A DNA stretch of 64,000 bases, from positions 6,318 to 70,317 of the forward strand of contig CAXGWS010000007.1 of the NCBI GenBank assembly GCA_964013535.1, in the 5' to 3' direction. The position numbers and the translations under genes were made by a program. Shown here one piece after another: positions 9,338 to 18,508 of the stretch. The notes under the pieces were generated by a model. It had not been told where the DNA came from and did no database searches. It worked only from the letters and a program-made list of their open reading frames with translations. The stretch is from an uncultured Candidatus Poseidoniales archaeon. Its GTDB lineage: Archaea; Thermoplasmatota; Poseidoniia; Poseidoniales; Poseidoniaceae. The first letter of the stretch is position 1. Every line of letters begins with the position of its first letter.

Positions 9338-9589
9338 CTAACGCTTTGCGTTATTGCCGAAAAGATATTTCCTGAGAAATCTATTTCCAACCAGTTCAGA
9401 AAAGAATGTTCCAATTACTCGATGATACATTCGAACAACTACAAAAGAAATTGCAAAAACCATTAGGAATCCCAACCAGTTGTCAACACCAGCAATTAAT
9501 GAGATCAATGCTGAGAGAATTAAAGCAATACTGCCATCTTGGACTATGATAAGAAAATTCCATGTCCGTCTGCGAGTATTGCAGTCCAT
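9338..9589 (-). CDS. Small hypothetical membrane protein (2 predicted TM helices)
   Basis: 83-aa ORF with ATG start, 30 nt downstream of the 865-aa gene on the same strand. Two clear hydrophobic helices and a basic C-terminus. No family recognised. Confidence 0.4.
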   Translation of the reverse strand: MDCNTRRRTWNFLIIVQDGSIALILSALISLIAGVDNWLGFLMVFAISFVVVRMYHRVIGTFFSELVGNRFLRKYLFGNNAKR

Positions 9590-9619
9590 TAGATTATGTT
9601 ACATCACCGATGTACATAG

Positions 9620-12217
9620 TTATTGGTTGCGCAGATAATCTTCGCCATACCATGCCCATTGTTCCGTAGTCCAACCCGGTGGAAGACCTTCATCTGGCAG
9701 TGGAGGTCCAGTAGGAGCTGTATCTGGCATTTCGAGTGGTTGAATATCGATTGGATTTGGTGTGACATTATCCTGGATGGCAAATATAGTCTCAAGGCTC
9801 ATATCAATTGCCGGAATTGCGCTGTTGCGAGATGATTTTCGTCTAGTGACAAACAAAGCAAGCACGACAATAATGGTGAAAATTATGCCAACAATAATTG
9901 CCATATCGACCATGCTTGAGGATTCCTCGCTCTCAATCTCTAGTTTGGTTTTGGAAGCATCTTGCGGATAGACATCACTGTTATCACCAACCCCGTCACC
10001 GTCACTATCTACTGTTTCCGTGCTATCGTTGGGGAAAGCGTCCAATTCATCATCTAAGCCATCGCCATCCGAGTCGAGGCAACCATAACGTTGAATTGTA
10101 GAATTACCAAAAACATCTGGGCAAGAATCGGGAAGGTTGCCATTAATTTCATCTCCATATCCATCACCATCTTGGTCGAACCATTGGGTATTGTCATTGT
10201 TGAATTGGTCGGCGACATCTGACCAGCCGTCACCGTCGCTATCTCGGCAGCCAAACAAATCCTTGTTTGAGGTGCCAAAAACACCCGGGCAGAAATCCGG
10301 TTGGTTGCCGTTTTGATTATCACCATAACCATCTCCATCACCATCAAAATGTTGCGTTTCATCATTCGGGAAAGCGTCGCCACCCAAACCGGCAGTCCAA
10401 GAATTATCAGGGTCTGAGTAACCATCACCGTCACTGTCGACGCATCCTATTCTATCTATCGTGGATGTGCCTGGTGTATCGGGACAATAATCACCGTCTG
10501 TGCCCATGACTTCGTCACCAAAACCATCTCCGTCAGTATCAAACCATTGGCTACCATCACTCGGAAATGTGTCGATAGTATCTGCGAAACCATCCCCATC
10601 TGAATCTACACAGCCAATCAGTTGCTCGGTACTGGTACCACTTGTCAAAGAACAATCATCTACAACATCAAAGAAACCGTCGTTATCATCATCATTATCT
10701 TCGCTTGCATCCTCACATCCATCACCATCGTTATCTGTTTGCAGGTTGGATTCAAAACTAAGACTTGATGCGGAGCACAGATCGTACTCAACTGTAGAAA
10801 CAACACAGTTGGCATCCGCACTCAAACCATCACAGACACCATCATCATCGTCGTCAAGGTCTTCACCGTCATCCCGACAACCGTCGCCGTCTAGATCAGT
10901 AAAGGAGCGCGACGACCATCCTGTTTCACCCATCGGACACGAATCTTCAGCATCTAAAATTGAATCATTATCATCATCTTCATCACAAACGTCACCAAGA
11001 TTGTCACCATCGAGGTTAGCTTGATCGGAATTAGGTATCAAAATACAGTTGTCATCTGCGTCATAAATGCCATCAGCATCAGTATCAAAATGTGGATCGA
11101 TACGTACAACTTGGTCTTGGCCATTGTCAACATAATACAGATGACCATCTGGACCTATCTCCAAGCCCATTATGAACACTGCACTTGTTTGTACAGTCGC
11201 CCGCTCTGATGCACTTTTTCCGTCTTCCGATAGATCATATGCGGTAATCTTTCCATTGCCATTTTCCGAGATAAATAGTGTATCACCATCAAGTGCGATA
11301 CCAGAAGGTCGATTAAGTCCAGTGTCAAGGATACCCCACTCAATACCGGTCTTGCGCTTGTATTCAGCCAAGGGTTCAAGCCTAGAGGGGTCATTCATGA
11401 TGTCAACAGTATCAATAGTGGTATCATCTGTATTAACCCACAAAATTCGGCTTGCCCCTGTATCTGCAATGTACAAAATCCCAGATTCTTTATCCAATAT
11501 CATGTGTCCAGGAATTCCTGCATCTCGGGTCAATTGAACATCTGAGTATCGATGAACGATACCGTCAGAATGGTCATCTTGTCCAGTGTCATGGTCGATT
11601 TGAAAATCATAGTATACTAACTCGCCGTAATAGCCGTCAAAGTACCAGTAAGCATTACCATTGTCGTGTGCAATCCCCATGCCGTCTGGAGATTCATGGT
11701 TCATGTCAATATGGCTACCCAACAGACCGTTACCGTTGTTTTGGTTTTCGACTGCATAGTGGTCTAAAGAAGATGGCCATAGAGTAGGCCCCATGAATTG
11801 ATTTGGAGTTCCCAAGCCGCAGTAGGTATTTTGTGTCTCTTGGGCAGAACCCCACTGCCAGTCGAATTCAGGATGGTAAGCACCAAAGGCAATCGCACTA
11901 ACCTCTTCCAAGAAGTGATTACTGTTCGAATCTTCTCGAGTTTCAGATGTTTGGTTTTCAAGCCCCGTATTGTGCACTATGGTCATACTGTCATCGCCTC
12001 GATTAGCAATCCACAATTCATTGGTTCTACCCGGATGGAATTCCAAATCTCGCGGTTCTAACAGTCCATCACTGGCATCAACAATAACCACTTCATCAAA
12101 ACCAATCCCAAATTGTGCCACTGGTTCGGATTCATCGGATGCTTGCACGTGTGAAACTAAGGAAAATAGTAGAATGCTTACCAGAAAAACGCTGGTTTGC
12201 TTGCCTGCCATAGCCAT
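9620..12217 (-). CDS. Secreted, C-terminally membrane-anchored surface protein: signal peptide, NHL/SMP-30-like beta-propeller region, long array of thrombospondin-type-3-like Ca-binding repeats, TM helix and short cytoplasmic tail.
   Basis: 865 aa. Signal peptide MAMAGKQTSVFLVSILLFSLVSHVQA. Propeller-like repeats (LYIADTGASRILWV, LFISENGNGKITAY, LYYVDNGQDQVVRI). At least 11 DxDGDG-type motifs (DSDGDGFAD, DTDGDGFGD, DSDGDGYSD, DGDGDGYGD, DSDGDGWSD and others). TM helix MAIIVGIIFTIIVVLALFV. Confidence 0.9.
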   Translation of the reverse strand: MAMAGKQTSVFLVSILLFSLVSHVQASDESEPVAQFGIGFDEVVIVDASDGLLEPRDLEFHPGRTNELWIANRGDDSMTIVHNTGLENQTSETREDSNSNHFLEEVSAIAFGAYHPEFDWQWGSAQETQNTYCGLGTPNQFMGPTLWPSSLDHYAVENQNNGNGLLGSHIDMNHESPDGMGIAHDNGNAYWYFDGYYGELVYYDFQIDHDTGQDDHSDGIVHRYSDVQLTRDAGIPGHMILDKESGILYIADTGASRILWVNTDDTTIDTVDIMNDPSRLEPLAEYKRKTGIEWGILDTGLNRPSGIALDGDTLFISENGNGKITAYDLSEDGKSASERATVQTSAVFIMGLEIGPDGHLYYVDNGQDQVVRIDPHFDTDADGIYDADDNCILIPNSDQANLDGDNLGDVCDEDDDNDSILDAEDSCPMGETGWSSRSFTDLDGDGCRDDGEDLDDDDDGVCDGLSADANCVVSTVEYDLCSASSLSFESNLQTDNDGDGCEDASEDNDDDNDGFFDVVDDCSLTSGTSTEQLIGCVDSDGDGFADTIDTFPSDGSQWFDTDGDGFGDEVMGTDGDYCPDTPGTSTIDRIGCVDSDGDGYSDPDNSWTAGLGGDAFPNDETQHFDGDGDGYGDNQNGNQPDFCPGVFGTSNKDLFGCRDSDGDGWSDVADQFNNDNTQWFDQDGDGYGDEINGNLPDSCPDVFGNSTIQRYGCLDSDGDGLDDELDAFPNDSTETVDSDGDGVGDNSDVYPQDASKTKLEIESEESSSMVDMAIIVGIIFTIIVVLALFVTRRKSSRNSAIPAIDMSLETIFAIQDNVTPNPIDIQPLEMPDTAPTGPPLPDEGLPPGWTTEQWAWYGEDYLRNQ

Positions 12218-12253
12218 TGGAAATTCTTTGAGGTTTTGATACCTTGCTTACAT

Positions 12254-13204
12254 TCATTCCCACTCTATGGTTCCGGGAGGTTTGTGTGTGATATCATATA
12301 CCACCCGATTCACCGCACCTTTTACGGTATTTGTGATCCTTGTACTGATTTTTTGTAGGACTGCATGGGGTATTTCAGAATATCTCGCAGACATGCCATC
12401 CATAGACCTGACTGCACGAACTACTACTGTTTCGCCGTAAGCACGCACGTCACCGTGAACACCAACACTGCGAACTGGTAAGAGTGCTGCGAAGTATTGC
12501 CATGGCAATTCCATCAAACCTTCAGCAGCAGCTGCTTCGAGTTCTTCCTCGACAATTGCACATGACTCACGTACCACTGCCACGCGCTCAGGGGTTAGTT
12601 CGCCCAGTGTTCTCACCGCCAATCCGGGGCCTGGGAAAGGTTGGCGCTCTGCAACATTGATTTCTAAATGCCTGGCTAATTGGCGAACCTCGTCTTTGTA
12701 CAATTCTCGCAATGGTTCAACCACTTCCAAGGTCATGTCTTCCGGCAACCCTCCAACATTATGATGGGATTTTATCGTGTCGCGAACACCGCCGCCTGAT
12801 TCAATCCAGTCCGGAGCAATGGTTCCTTGAACAAGGTACTTAGCACCACATTTCTTTTGTTCATCTTCGAATATTCGGATAAATAGTTCACCGATTACTT
12901 TGCGCTTTTCCTCAGGCTCAGTGACGCCTTTTAGGGCCTCAAAGTAACGGTCTGCCGCCTTTACTGTGACCAAATTCTTGATGCCCTGCTCAGCGAGCAA
13001 TGCTTCGATCTGTTCGGTCTCACCTTTCCGCATGAAGCCAGTGTCAACATAGACACAGTGTAGTAAATCTCCAACTGCTCTGTTCGCAATAACAGCGGCG
13101 ACAGTAGAGTCAACACCACCAGAACAGGCTATTATCGCCACGTCATCGATTGTGTTTTGGAGTGAATCGATGGATTCCTGAACGAATTCATCGACATCAA
13201 ACAT
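12254..13204 (-). CDS. guaA: GMP synthase, ATP-pyrophosphatase subunit B (split archaeal form, no GATase domain)
   Basis: PP-loop SGGVDS and family-typical C-terminal end ..KPPGTIEWE. The ORF-track start 13252 is TTG. ATG 13204 (MFDVDEFVQESI..) fits the family N-terminus and lies directly after the purE stop. Confidence 0.9.
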   Translation of the reverse strand: MFDVDEFVQESIDSLQNTIDDVAIIACSGGVDSTVAAVIANRAVGDLLHCVYVDTGFMRKGETEQIEALLAEQGIKNLVTVKAADRYFEALKGVTEPEEKRKVIGELFIRIFEDEQKKCGAKYLVQGTIAPDWIESGGGVRDTIKSHHNVGGLPEDMTLEVVEPLRELYKDEVRQLARHLEINVAERQPFPGPGLAVRTLGELTPERVAVVRESCAIVEEELEAAAAEGLMELPWQYFAALLPVRSVGVHGDVRAYGETVVVRAVRSMDGMSARYSEIPHAVLQKISTRITNTVKGAVNRVVYDITHKPPGTIEWE

Positions 13205-13205
13205 C

Positions 13206-13685
13206 TCAAGCGCCCCCGTTAACCTCACGGTCTTGGGACTTGACTCTCTCAATTTGGTCTAATTTGTTCTGCTTTAGAGCCGCAGCATGCTTTTCGTTTT
13301 GTAGCGCAAGCATTTGCACTGCAAGATAGCCAGCATTGTCACCACGATCCACACCAACAGTAGCCGCTGGAACGCCGGGAGGCAACTGTACAATTGACAA
13401 TAGAGAATCAAATGGAACTCTTCCGCCACAAGGGACACCAATGACTGGCTTAGTTGTAAGAGCTGCCACTGCACCGGGTAAAGCCGCAGCAAGGCCTGCC
13501 ATAGCAATGAATACCTTACAGCCGTCTGCTTCTGCATCATGGATAATCTGCTCAACGAATTTTGGTGAGCGATGAGCACTTGCAACACGTAATTGATATG
13601 TTACATCGAATTGATTCAAAATCTTGGTGCACTTTTCGGCGACGGGCATATCTGAGGACGAACCTAGCAGTATTGTAACTTCCAT
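13206..13685 (-). CDS. purE: Phosphoribosylaminoimidazole carboxylase catalytic subunit / N5-CAIR mutase
   Basis: LLGSSSDMPV, SAHRSP and GVPCGG motifs typical of PurE. The longest ORF starts at TTG 13715. ATG 13685 (MEVTILLGSSSD) matches the usual PurE N-terminus. Confidence 0.9.
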   Translation of the reverse strand: MEVTILLGSSSDMPVAEKCTKILNQFDVTYQLRVASAHRSPKFVEQIIHDAEADGCKVFIAMAGLAAALPGAVAALTTKPVIGVPCGGRVPFDSLLSIVQLPPGVPAATVGVDRGDNAGYLAVQMLALQNEKHAAALKQNKLDQIERVKSQDREVNGGA

Positions 13686-13720
13686 GAGAGTCTGCCATAG
13701 CAGTCGGTTATTCAAGATGA

Positions 13721-14392
13721 CTATTCCTCTTCGTTAACAAAAAGTGACAAATCAAGACCAAGACTACGATAATCAAAGCGTTCACCCATAGGAATACCGA
13801 AAATGTCGAGCCTGATTGCCAACCCTTGTTTGGTTCTTGTACCGTAAATGTGTGCGAAACTATCTTTGTCAAAGCGCTTCAATGCCATCGTATTTTGAGC
13901 AAAGCGACGACTCCGTACATCCCACCCAATCATAGAGTCTGTTGGTAATCTTGACTTGCTATCCCATGAGATTTGATAGATTAAGTTAGAATCTTTGAAA
14001 ATAAAGTCCAACGAACGATAGATCATTGCAAAGGCCAAAAACGAGGAGATTATTCCAAGTTCAACATCGAAGTTGTTATTTGCCACCATCAGCCAAGAAA
14101 ATAACGATAAACAACTGAAAAAGAAACCAAGTCCGACTCTCTGAGAATTAAATATTCCTTGCCGTGCACTGACTGCACCAATGCCACCTATAAGCATCAA
14201 AATAACTGAACCTGCGCCCAAGAAATTTATGAATTGCATTCCAGTTTCCGTACTGTAAACTATGACAGTTAAAACGAGAGGTAAAACTCCCCATGAAAGT
14301 GGTAACAACACTGAACCCGGGTTAGGCTTTAATTCGATTCTTTCCCAACCAAATTTTACCGGGCTCTTGTCACGCGCCCTAGTCATGTGCAT
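13721..14392 (-). CDS. Hypothetical membrane protein (about 4 TM helices plus a C-terminal soluble domain), translationally coupled to gcvPB
   Basis: 223/224-aa ORF. ATG 14392 overlaps the gcvPB TGA by 1 nt. Ends in ..FVNEEE. No family recognised. Confidence 0.6.
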   Translation of the reverse strand: MHMTRARDKSPVKFGWERIELKPNPGSVLLPLSWGVLPLVLTVIVYSTETGMQFINFLGAGSVILMLIGGIGAVSARQGIFNSQRVGLGFFFSCLSLFSWLMVANNNFDVELGIISSFLAFAMIYRSLDFIFKDSNLIYQISWDSKSRLPTDSMIGWDVRSRRFAQNTMALKRFDKDSFAHIYGTRTKQGLAIRLDIFGIPMGERFDYRSLGLDLSLFVNEEE

Positions 14393-15894
14393 CACTGCTC
14401 ATCTTCAAACGGGTGCTTTAGACACAAATTTCTCGCCGCATAGACTTCATCTACCCTGCGCACGGGAGTTGTAACAGGTGCTTCATGCAAGGTTTCCGCA
14501 TCAATCTGTAAAACTTTGACGAAATCCTTAGCAAATTGGTCAAGCGTATCACGGCTTTCTGTTTCTGTCGGCTCGAACATCATACATTCGGGCACAACGA
14601 GTGGGAAGTATACGGTTGGAGCCATGTATCCCATATCAAGCAAGCCTTTCGCCACATCCATTGCAGACACACCAACTGCTTCTTTAGCAGGCTGTAATGA
14701 AAGGGTAAATTCGTGTTTTGCAACCTCCGCTTCTGCACCATCAACAAACATGTGTGAGACGCCGGCAGCGGCTGCTTCACGATGTAATGCGTGTCTTAGG
14801 TAATTGGCGTTAAGCACAGCGTGTTCTGACATATCCTTCAGTCCGTAGCCATATCTTCGATAATATGCCCAGCATCTAATTACTGCACCTGCATTTCCGT
14901 GCCATTGTTGTACCTTGCCGATAGTATGTTTTGGCTCATACCAAGAGTACCACATGTCATCCACGGCAAATTGTTCTTCGCCGGATAAAATTGGTCGTTT
15001 CTTAACTATCGGACTGGGTAGGAATTCGGCCAGGTGAGACTTAACTCCGATTGGACCAGAACCCGGACCGCCGCCACCGTGCGGTTGACTGAAAGTCTTG
15101 TGTAGGTTAAAGTGGACTGCATCAAAGCCCATCAATCCCGGAGAAGTACGACCTAATATGGCATTGAAATTTGCGCCATCGTAATACATCTGACCACCTG
15201 CTGCATGAACGATTTCAGCAGCTTCTGGAACATCGGTTTCGAACAAACCCAATGTGTTTGGATTAGTAATCATCATCAGCGCTACTGTATCATCTACTAC
15301 TGCTTTTAGAGCATCTAAATCAATTCGGCCGTTCTCTAAACTTGGAATTTCGACGATATCGTAACCCGCCATCGCTGCACTTGCAGGATTAGTGCCGTGT
15401 GCAGAATCTGGAACTATTACCTTGGTTCGTTGGGTCTCTCCTCTGTTGCGGAAATATTCTTGCACGCATCTTACTGCGGTAAATTCTCCTTGAGCACCAG
15501 CCACTGGTTGTAGAGTAACTGCGTCCATCCCCGAACAGATTGCTAACATGTGCTGCATTTCATGGAAAATAGAGAGCAAACCTTGCAAGTGGTGCTCTGG
15601 CTGGTGGGGGTGAATATCTGCAATACCAGGTAGTTGAGCAATAACTTCGTTGACTCTTGGGTTGTGTTTCATAGTACATGAACCGAGAGGATAGAAACCA
15701 GTGTCGATACCGAAGTTTCGACGTGAAAGCCATGTATAATGCCTAACCATTTCCGGTTCTGATAACCTCGGCCATCGTGGTAGTGACTTGCGTGCCAATG
15801 ACGGCGGTAAAGCAATGTTGGTTTTGGCGAGTAATGGTCCGGGTTGTGAATAACCCATCCCAGCCCCGCCGGCAAAATCGAATAGTCTGCTCAA
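14392..15894 (-). CDS. gcvPB: Glycine dehydrogenase (decarboxylating) subunit 2
   Basis: 500 aa. FNLHKTF PLP-lysine region and full-length GcvPB-like sequence. TTG start overlaps the gcvPA stop (TTGA). Confidence 0.9.
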   Translation of the reverse strand: MSRLFDFAGGAGMGYSQPGPLLAKTNIALPPSLARKSLPRWPRLSEPEMVRHYTWLSRRNFGIDTGFYPLGSCTMKHNPRVNEVIAQLPGIADIHPHQPEHHLQGLLSIFHEMQHMLAICSGMDAVTLQPVAGAQGEFTAVRCVQEYFRNRGETQRTKVIVPDSAHGTNPASAAMAGYDIVEIPSLENGRIDLDALKAVVDDTVALMMITNPNTLGLFETDVPEAAEIVHAAGGQMYYDGANFNAILGRTSPGLMGFDAVHFNLHKTFSQPHGGGGPGSGPIGVKSHLAEFLPSPIVKKRPILSGEEQFAVDDMWYSWYEPKHTIGKVQQWHGNAGAVIRCWAYYRRYGYGLKDMSEHAVLNANYLRHALHREAAAAGVSHMFVDGAEAEVAKHEFTLSLQPAKEAVGVSAMDVAKGLLDMGYMAPTVYFPLVVPECMMFEPTETESRDTLDQFAKDFVKVLQIDAETLHEAPVTTPVRRVDEVYAARNLCLKHPFEDEQ

Positions 15895-17273
15895 GCAACC
15901 ACCTCCTTAATTGTGCTCCATACCGCTAAATGCGCTGCAAGTAGTTCAATTTCTTCTGCTTTGGTTTGATCGGTTACTGAAACTAGGAGCCAATTACCTT
16001 GCTCGGGGTACCATCGTGACAGATCAAAACCGCCGATTATGCCAACACTATCGAGATAGTTCAAGCAATTGGCGGCGCTCTTTGGCAACTCTACAACAAA
16101 TTCGTTGAAATGTGAGCCCGCAAAGTGTGGCAAAGTAACGCCATCAATTTCAGATAGCTTTTGTTTGGCTAAGACACATGCCGCCATATTTCTGACCGCC
16201 AAGTGTTCTAATCCTTCTGGCCCGAGTAATGACATATGCATTGCTCCCATCAGAGCGATGAGCGTTTCATTGGTACAGATGTTAGACGTCGCTCTGTGTC
16301 TCCTGATGTGTTGCTCGCGAGTGGAGAGGGTTAAACAGTAGGCTTCCTTGCCATCAACATCTATACTTCGTCCGACTATTCTCCCCGGCATCAATCTAAG
16401 ATATGGTTTGCTGCAGGCAAAAATTCCGTAAATTGGACCGCCACCTGTTGGAGGACTGCCAAATGGTTGACCTTCGCCCACAACAATATCTGCACCATAG
16501 TTCCCTGGTGCTTCGACCAAGCCAAGTGATACTGGTTGCACCCCGACTATCAGTGCCGTATGCTCGCCAATAATTTCCTTGATTTTAGTTAGTCCACCAT
16601 CAAGTATGCCAAGTGGGTTGGGTTGTTCAACATAGACACCACATGAACCTGCAGCATCTTGAACTGAAGCTAAATCAATGGTGCCATCAGAATTGTGTTT
16701 CAGAGTCTTGAGCGAGATTCCTGCACCTTGACAGTAGTTGTTCATGACCGACATTCTGTCTGGTGGAACTAATTCTGAAATGTACACTGTATCCTTTTGT
16801 GTCGCTTTTCTATTGTGGACTCTAACAACACAAGTTAGTGCTTCAGCAGCCGCGGTTGAGCCGTCATAAAGCGATAAATTGGCAATTGGTAATCCGACAA
16901 GTTCTGAAATCAGGGTTTGAAATTCCCACATGGCCTGCAACATTCCCTGACTGACTTCTGGTTGGTATGGAGTGTAAGAAGTTAGGAATTCACCTCTAGT
17001 AACCAACTGAAATACAGAAGATGGTACGTAATTGCGGTATATTCCCGCCCCAAGGAACGAAACAACATCACCCATAGCCCGATTTGCACCAAGCAGTCGC
17101 TTGGCGTCGGCGATAATTTCCTCTTCAGATTGAGGTGGCGGAAGTGGCAATGGTGCAGCCATTCTAACGCGTTCTGGAAGGTCACTGAATAGGTCATCAA
17201 TCGATTCGAAACCCATCTCTTGCAACATCTCTAATTCAAGGCCTCTGTTTGGTAGTTGGTCGACCATACTCAT
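15891..17273 (-). CDS. gcvPA: Glycine dehydrogenase (decarboxylating) subunit 1
   Basis: 460 aa. N-terminal half of the P-protein (YTPYQPEVSQG motif), immediately upstream of gcvPB. AAGGAG SD sits just upstream of the start. Confidence 0.9.
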   Translation of the reverse strand: MSMVDQLPNRGLELEMLQEMGFESIDDLFSDLPERVRMAAPLPLPPPQSEEEIIADAKRLLGANRAMGDVVSFLGAGIYRNYVPSSVFQLVTRGEFLTSYTPYQPEVSQGMLQAMWEFQTLISELVGLPIANLSLYDGSTAAAEALTCVVRVHNRKATQKDTVYISELVPPDRMSVMNNYCQGAGISLKTLKHNSDGTIDLASVQDAAGSCGVYVEQPNPLGILDGGLTKIKEIIGEHTALIVGVQPVSLGLVEAPGNYGADIVVGEGQPFGSPPTGGGPIYGIFACSKPYLRLMPGRIVGRSIDVDGKEAYCLTLSTREQHIRRHRATSNICTNETLIALMGAMHMSLLGPEGLEHLAVRNMAACVLAKQKLSEIDGVTLPHFAGSHFNEFVVELPKSAANCLNYLDSVGIIGGFDLSRWYPEQGNWLLVSVTDQTKAEEIELLAAHLAVWSTIKEVVA

Positions 17274-17356
17274 ACTCTCCTTACGGCTAATTTAAACCCG
17301 TGCGCGTAACGCCCATAATATTCATGTTTTCATCAGTAAATTAAACTAAGCCGAAT

Positions 17357-18469
17357 TCAAACAAAAGGTGGCCTAACAATAGTAGCTCTGACAGACTTTC
17401 TCGGACTTGCTACAACCAATATTTCGTCTCCTTCTGACACACCGGAAATGTAGCCGATACCAATCCCAACATTACCGAGACTCGGCGATGGGGCACCAGA
17501 TGAAAGTTTACCGATTATGTTACCTTGTAAATCTGCGACATCCTTTCCGGGTCGCGGCAGTGGACCCTTTTCAGTGTATTTGACTCCCCACCACCTTGAA
17601 TCACTTGGGTCATGAGATTCTACTCGTGACTTGCCGATGAATTCGTGACCCATGTCTAAACCAAACGGAACGTTGGTTTCCCAAGAATCCCGAGCGAGAA
17701 AATCAGTAGATTCTGGCAACTCTGGCCAACAAAAATCAACCCCACTCAACAGATATCCTTTTTCGAGCCGAAGCGTGTCTCTTGCACCTAGTCCAATAGG
17801 GGTGGCGTCAGCAGCGATCAGAAGTCGCCACAGCTTTGCTGCTTCACTGTTGGGAATGAATATCTCATACCCAGATTCACCTGTGTATCCAGTACCCTGT
17901 ATCCAACCAGAAATTTCGTGTTCATTTGCACTCAGCAACTGCCACTTAAAGCGACCAATGTGGTTGGTTTCTCCAAGCACACTGGTTAGAATCTCCTTCG
18001 AGTTAGGGCCCTGAAGGGCGAGTATCGAATATTCCGATGAAATGTTTTCAATGACAACCGAACCATCATCGGGTAGATTTTGACTAAACCACTGCCACAT
18101 CACATCAATCATAGAAGCGTTCGGGACACCAATTATTTCTGAGTCAGAAACAACTGCAAATATCATGTCGTCTATGATATATCCATTAGAGTCTAGGAAG
18201 TGAGTATATGCACAACGACCGGTTGTAATTGCACTAACTTTCTGGGTCGCCATACCTTCCAACCATTGTTTTACTCCTTTGCCACTGAATCGAAATGTAC
18301 CCATGTGACTAACATCAAAAAGTCCTGCACCTGACCTTGTGGCAAGATGCTCATCTTTGATGTTTGAATACCATATTGGCAACTCAAAACCGTGGAAATC
18401 TACAATGTTCGCATTTAGTGCTAAATGCTCTTCGTATAGCGCAGTCCGAACCAATTCGCCACTTGACAT
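17357..18469 (-). CDS. gcvT: Aminomethyltransferase (glycine cleavage T protein)
   Basis: 370 aa. LFDVSHMG motif and overall GcvT layout. First gene of the gcv cluster. Confidence 0.9.
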   Translation of the reverse strand: MSSGELVRTALYEEHLALNANIVDFHGFELPIWYSNIKDEHLATRSGAGLFDVSHMGTFRFSGKGVKQWLEGMATQKVSAITTGRCAYTHFLDSNGYIIDDMIFAVVSDSEIIGVPNASMIDVMWQWFSQNLPDDGSVVIENISSEYSILALQGPNSKEILTSVLGETNHIGRFKWQLLSANEHEISGWIQGTGYTGESGYEIFIPNSEAAKLWRLLIAADATPIGLGARDTLRLEKGYLLSGVDFCWPELPESTDFLARDSWETNVPFGLDMGHEFIGKSRVESHDPSDSRWWGVKYTEKGPLPRPGKDVADLQGNIIGKLSSGAPSPSLGNVGIGIGYISGVSEGDEILVVASPRKSVRATIVRPPFV

Positions 18470-18508
18470 AACAATGCCAACTCGAGGCGCTCCTTAAACA
18501 AGGGGGAA

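Noticed and set aside
9266-9466. 66-aa ORF starting inside tRNA-Asn
   Set aside because: It overlaps a confidently folded tRNA and the small minus-strand membrane ORF. The translation (..GSSPIIGATNL..) simply reads through the T-arm and acceptor. It is an artefact.
9202-9620. tRNA-Asn, and tRNA-Thr at 32072, as possible integration sites of a genomic island
   Set aside because: No integrase, direct repeat of the tRNA 3' end, or compositional break is visible next to either tRNA. The flanking genes are ordinary chromosomal genes.
10500-11024. 174-aa Ser/Pro-rich ORF on the plus strand, together with neighbouring plus-strand ORFs at 9898-10101, 10267-10509 and 11172-11537
   Set aside because: They lie antisense to the 865-aa TSP3-repeat gene. 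The GAY/GGY-rich coding strand gives stop-free complementary frames. They have low-complexity composition, no start context and no family resemblance.
17274-17356. Possible glycine riboswitch near the gcv genes, or a TPP riboswitch near the thi genes
   Set aside because: The relevant leaders are too short (39 nt before gcvT, 83 nt before gcvPA, overlap before thiB). I could not see the conserved cores, such as the CTGAGA / ACCTGA elements of TPP. The region instead carries an AAGGAG SD and an AT-rich box.
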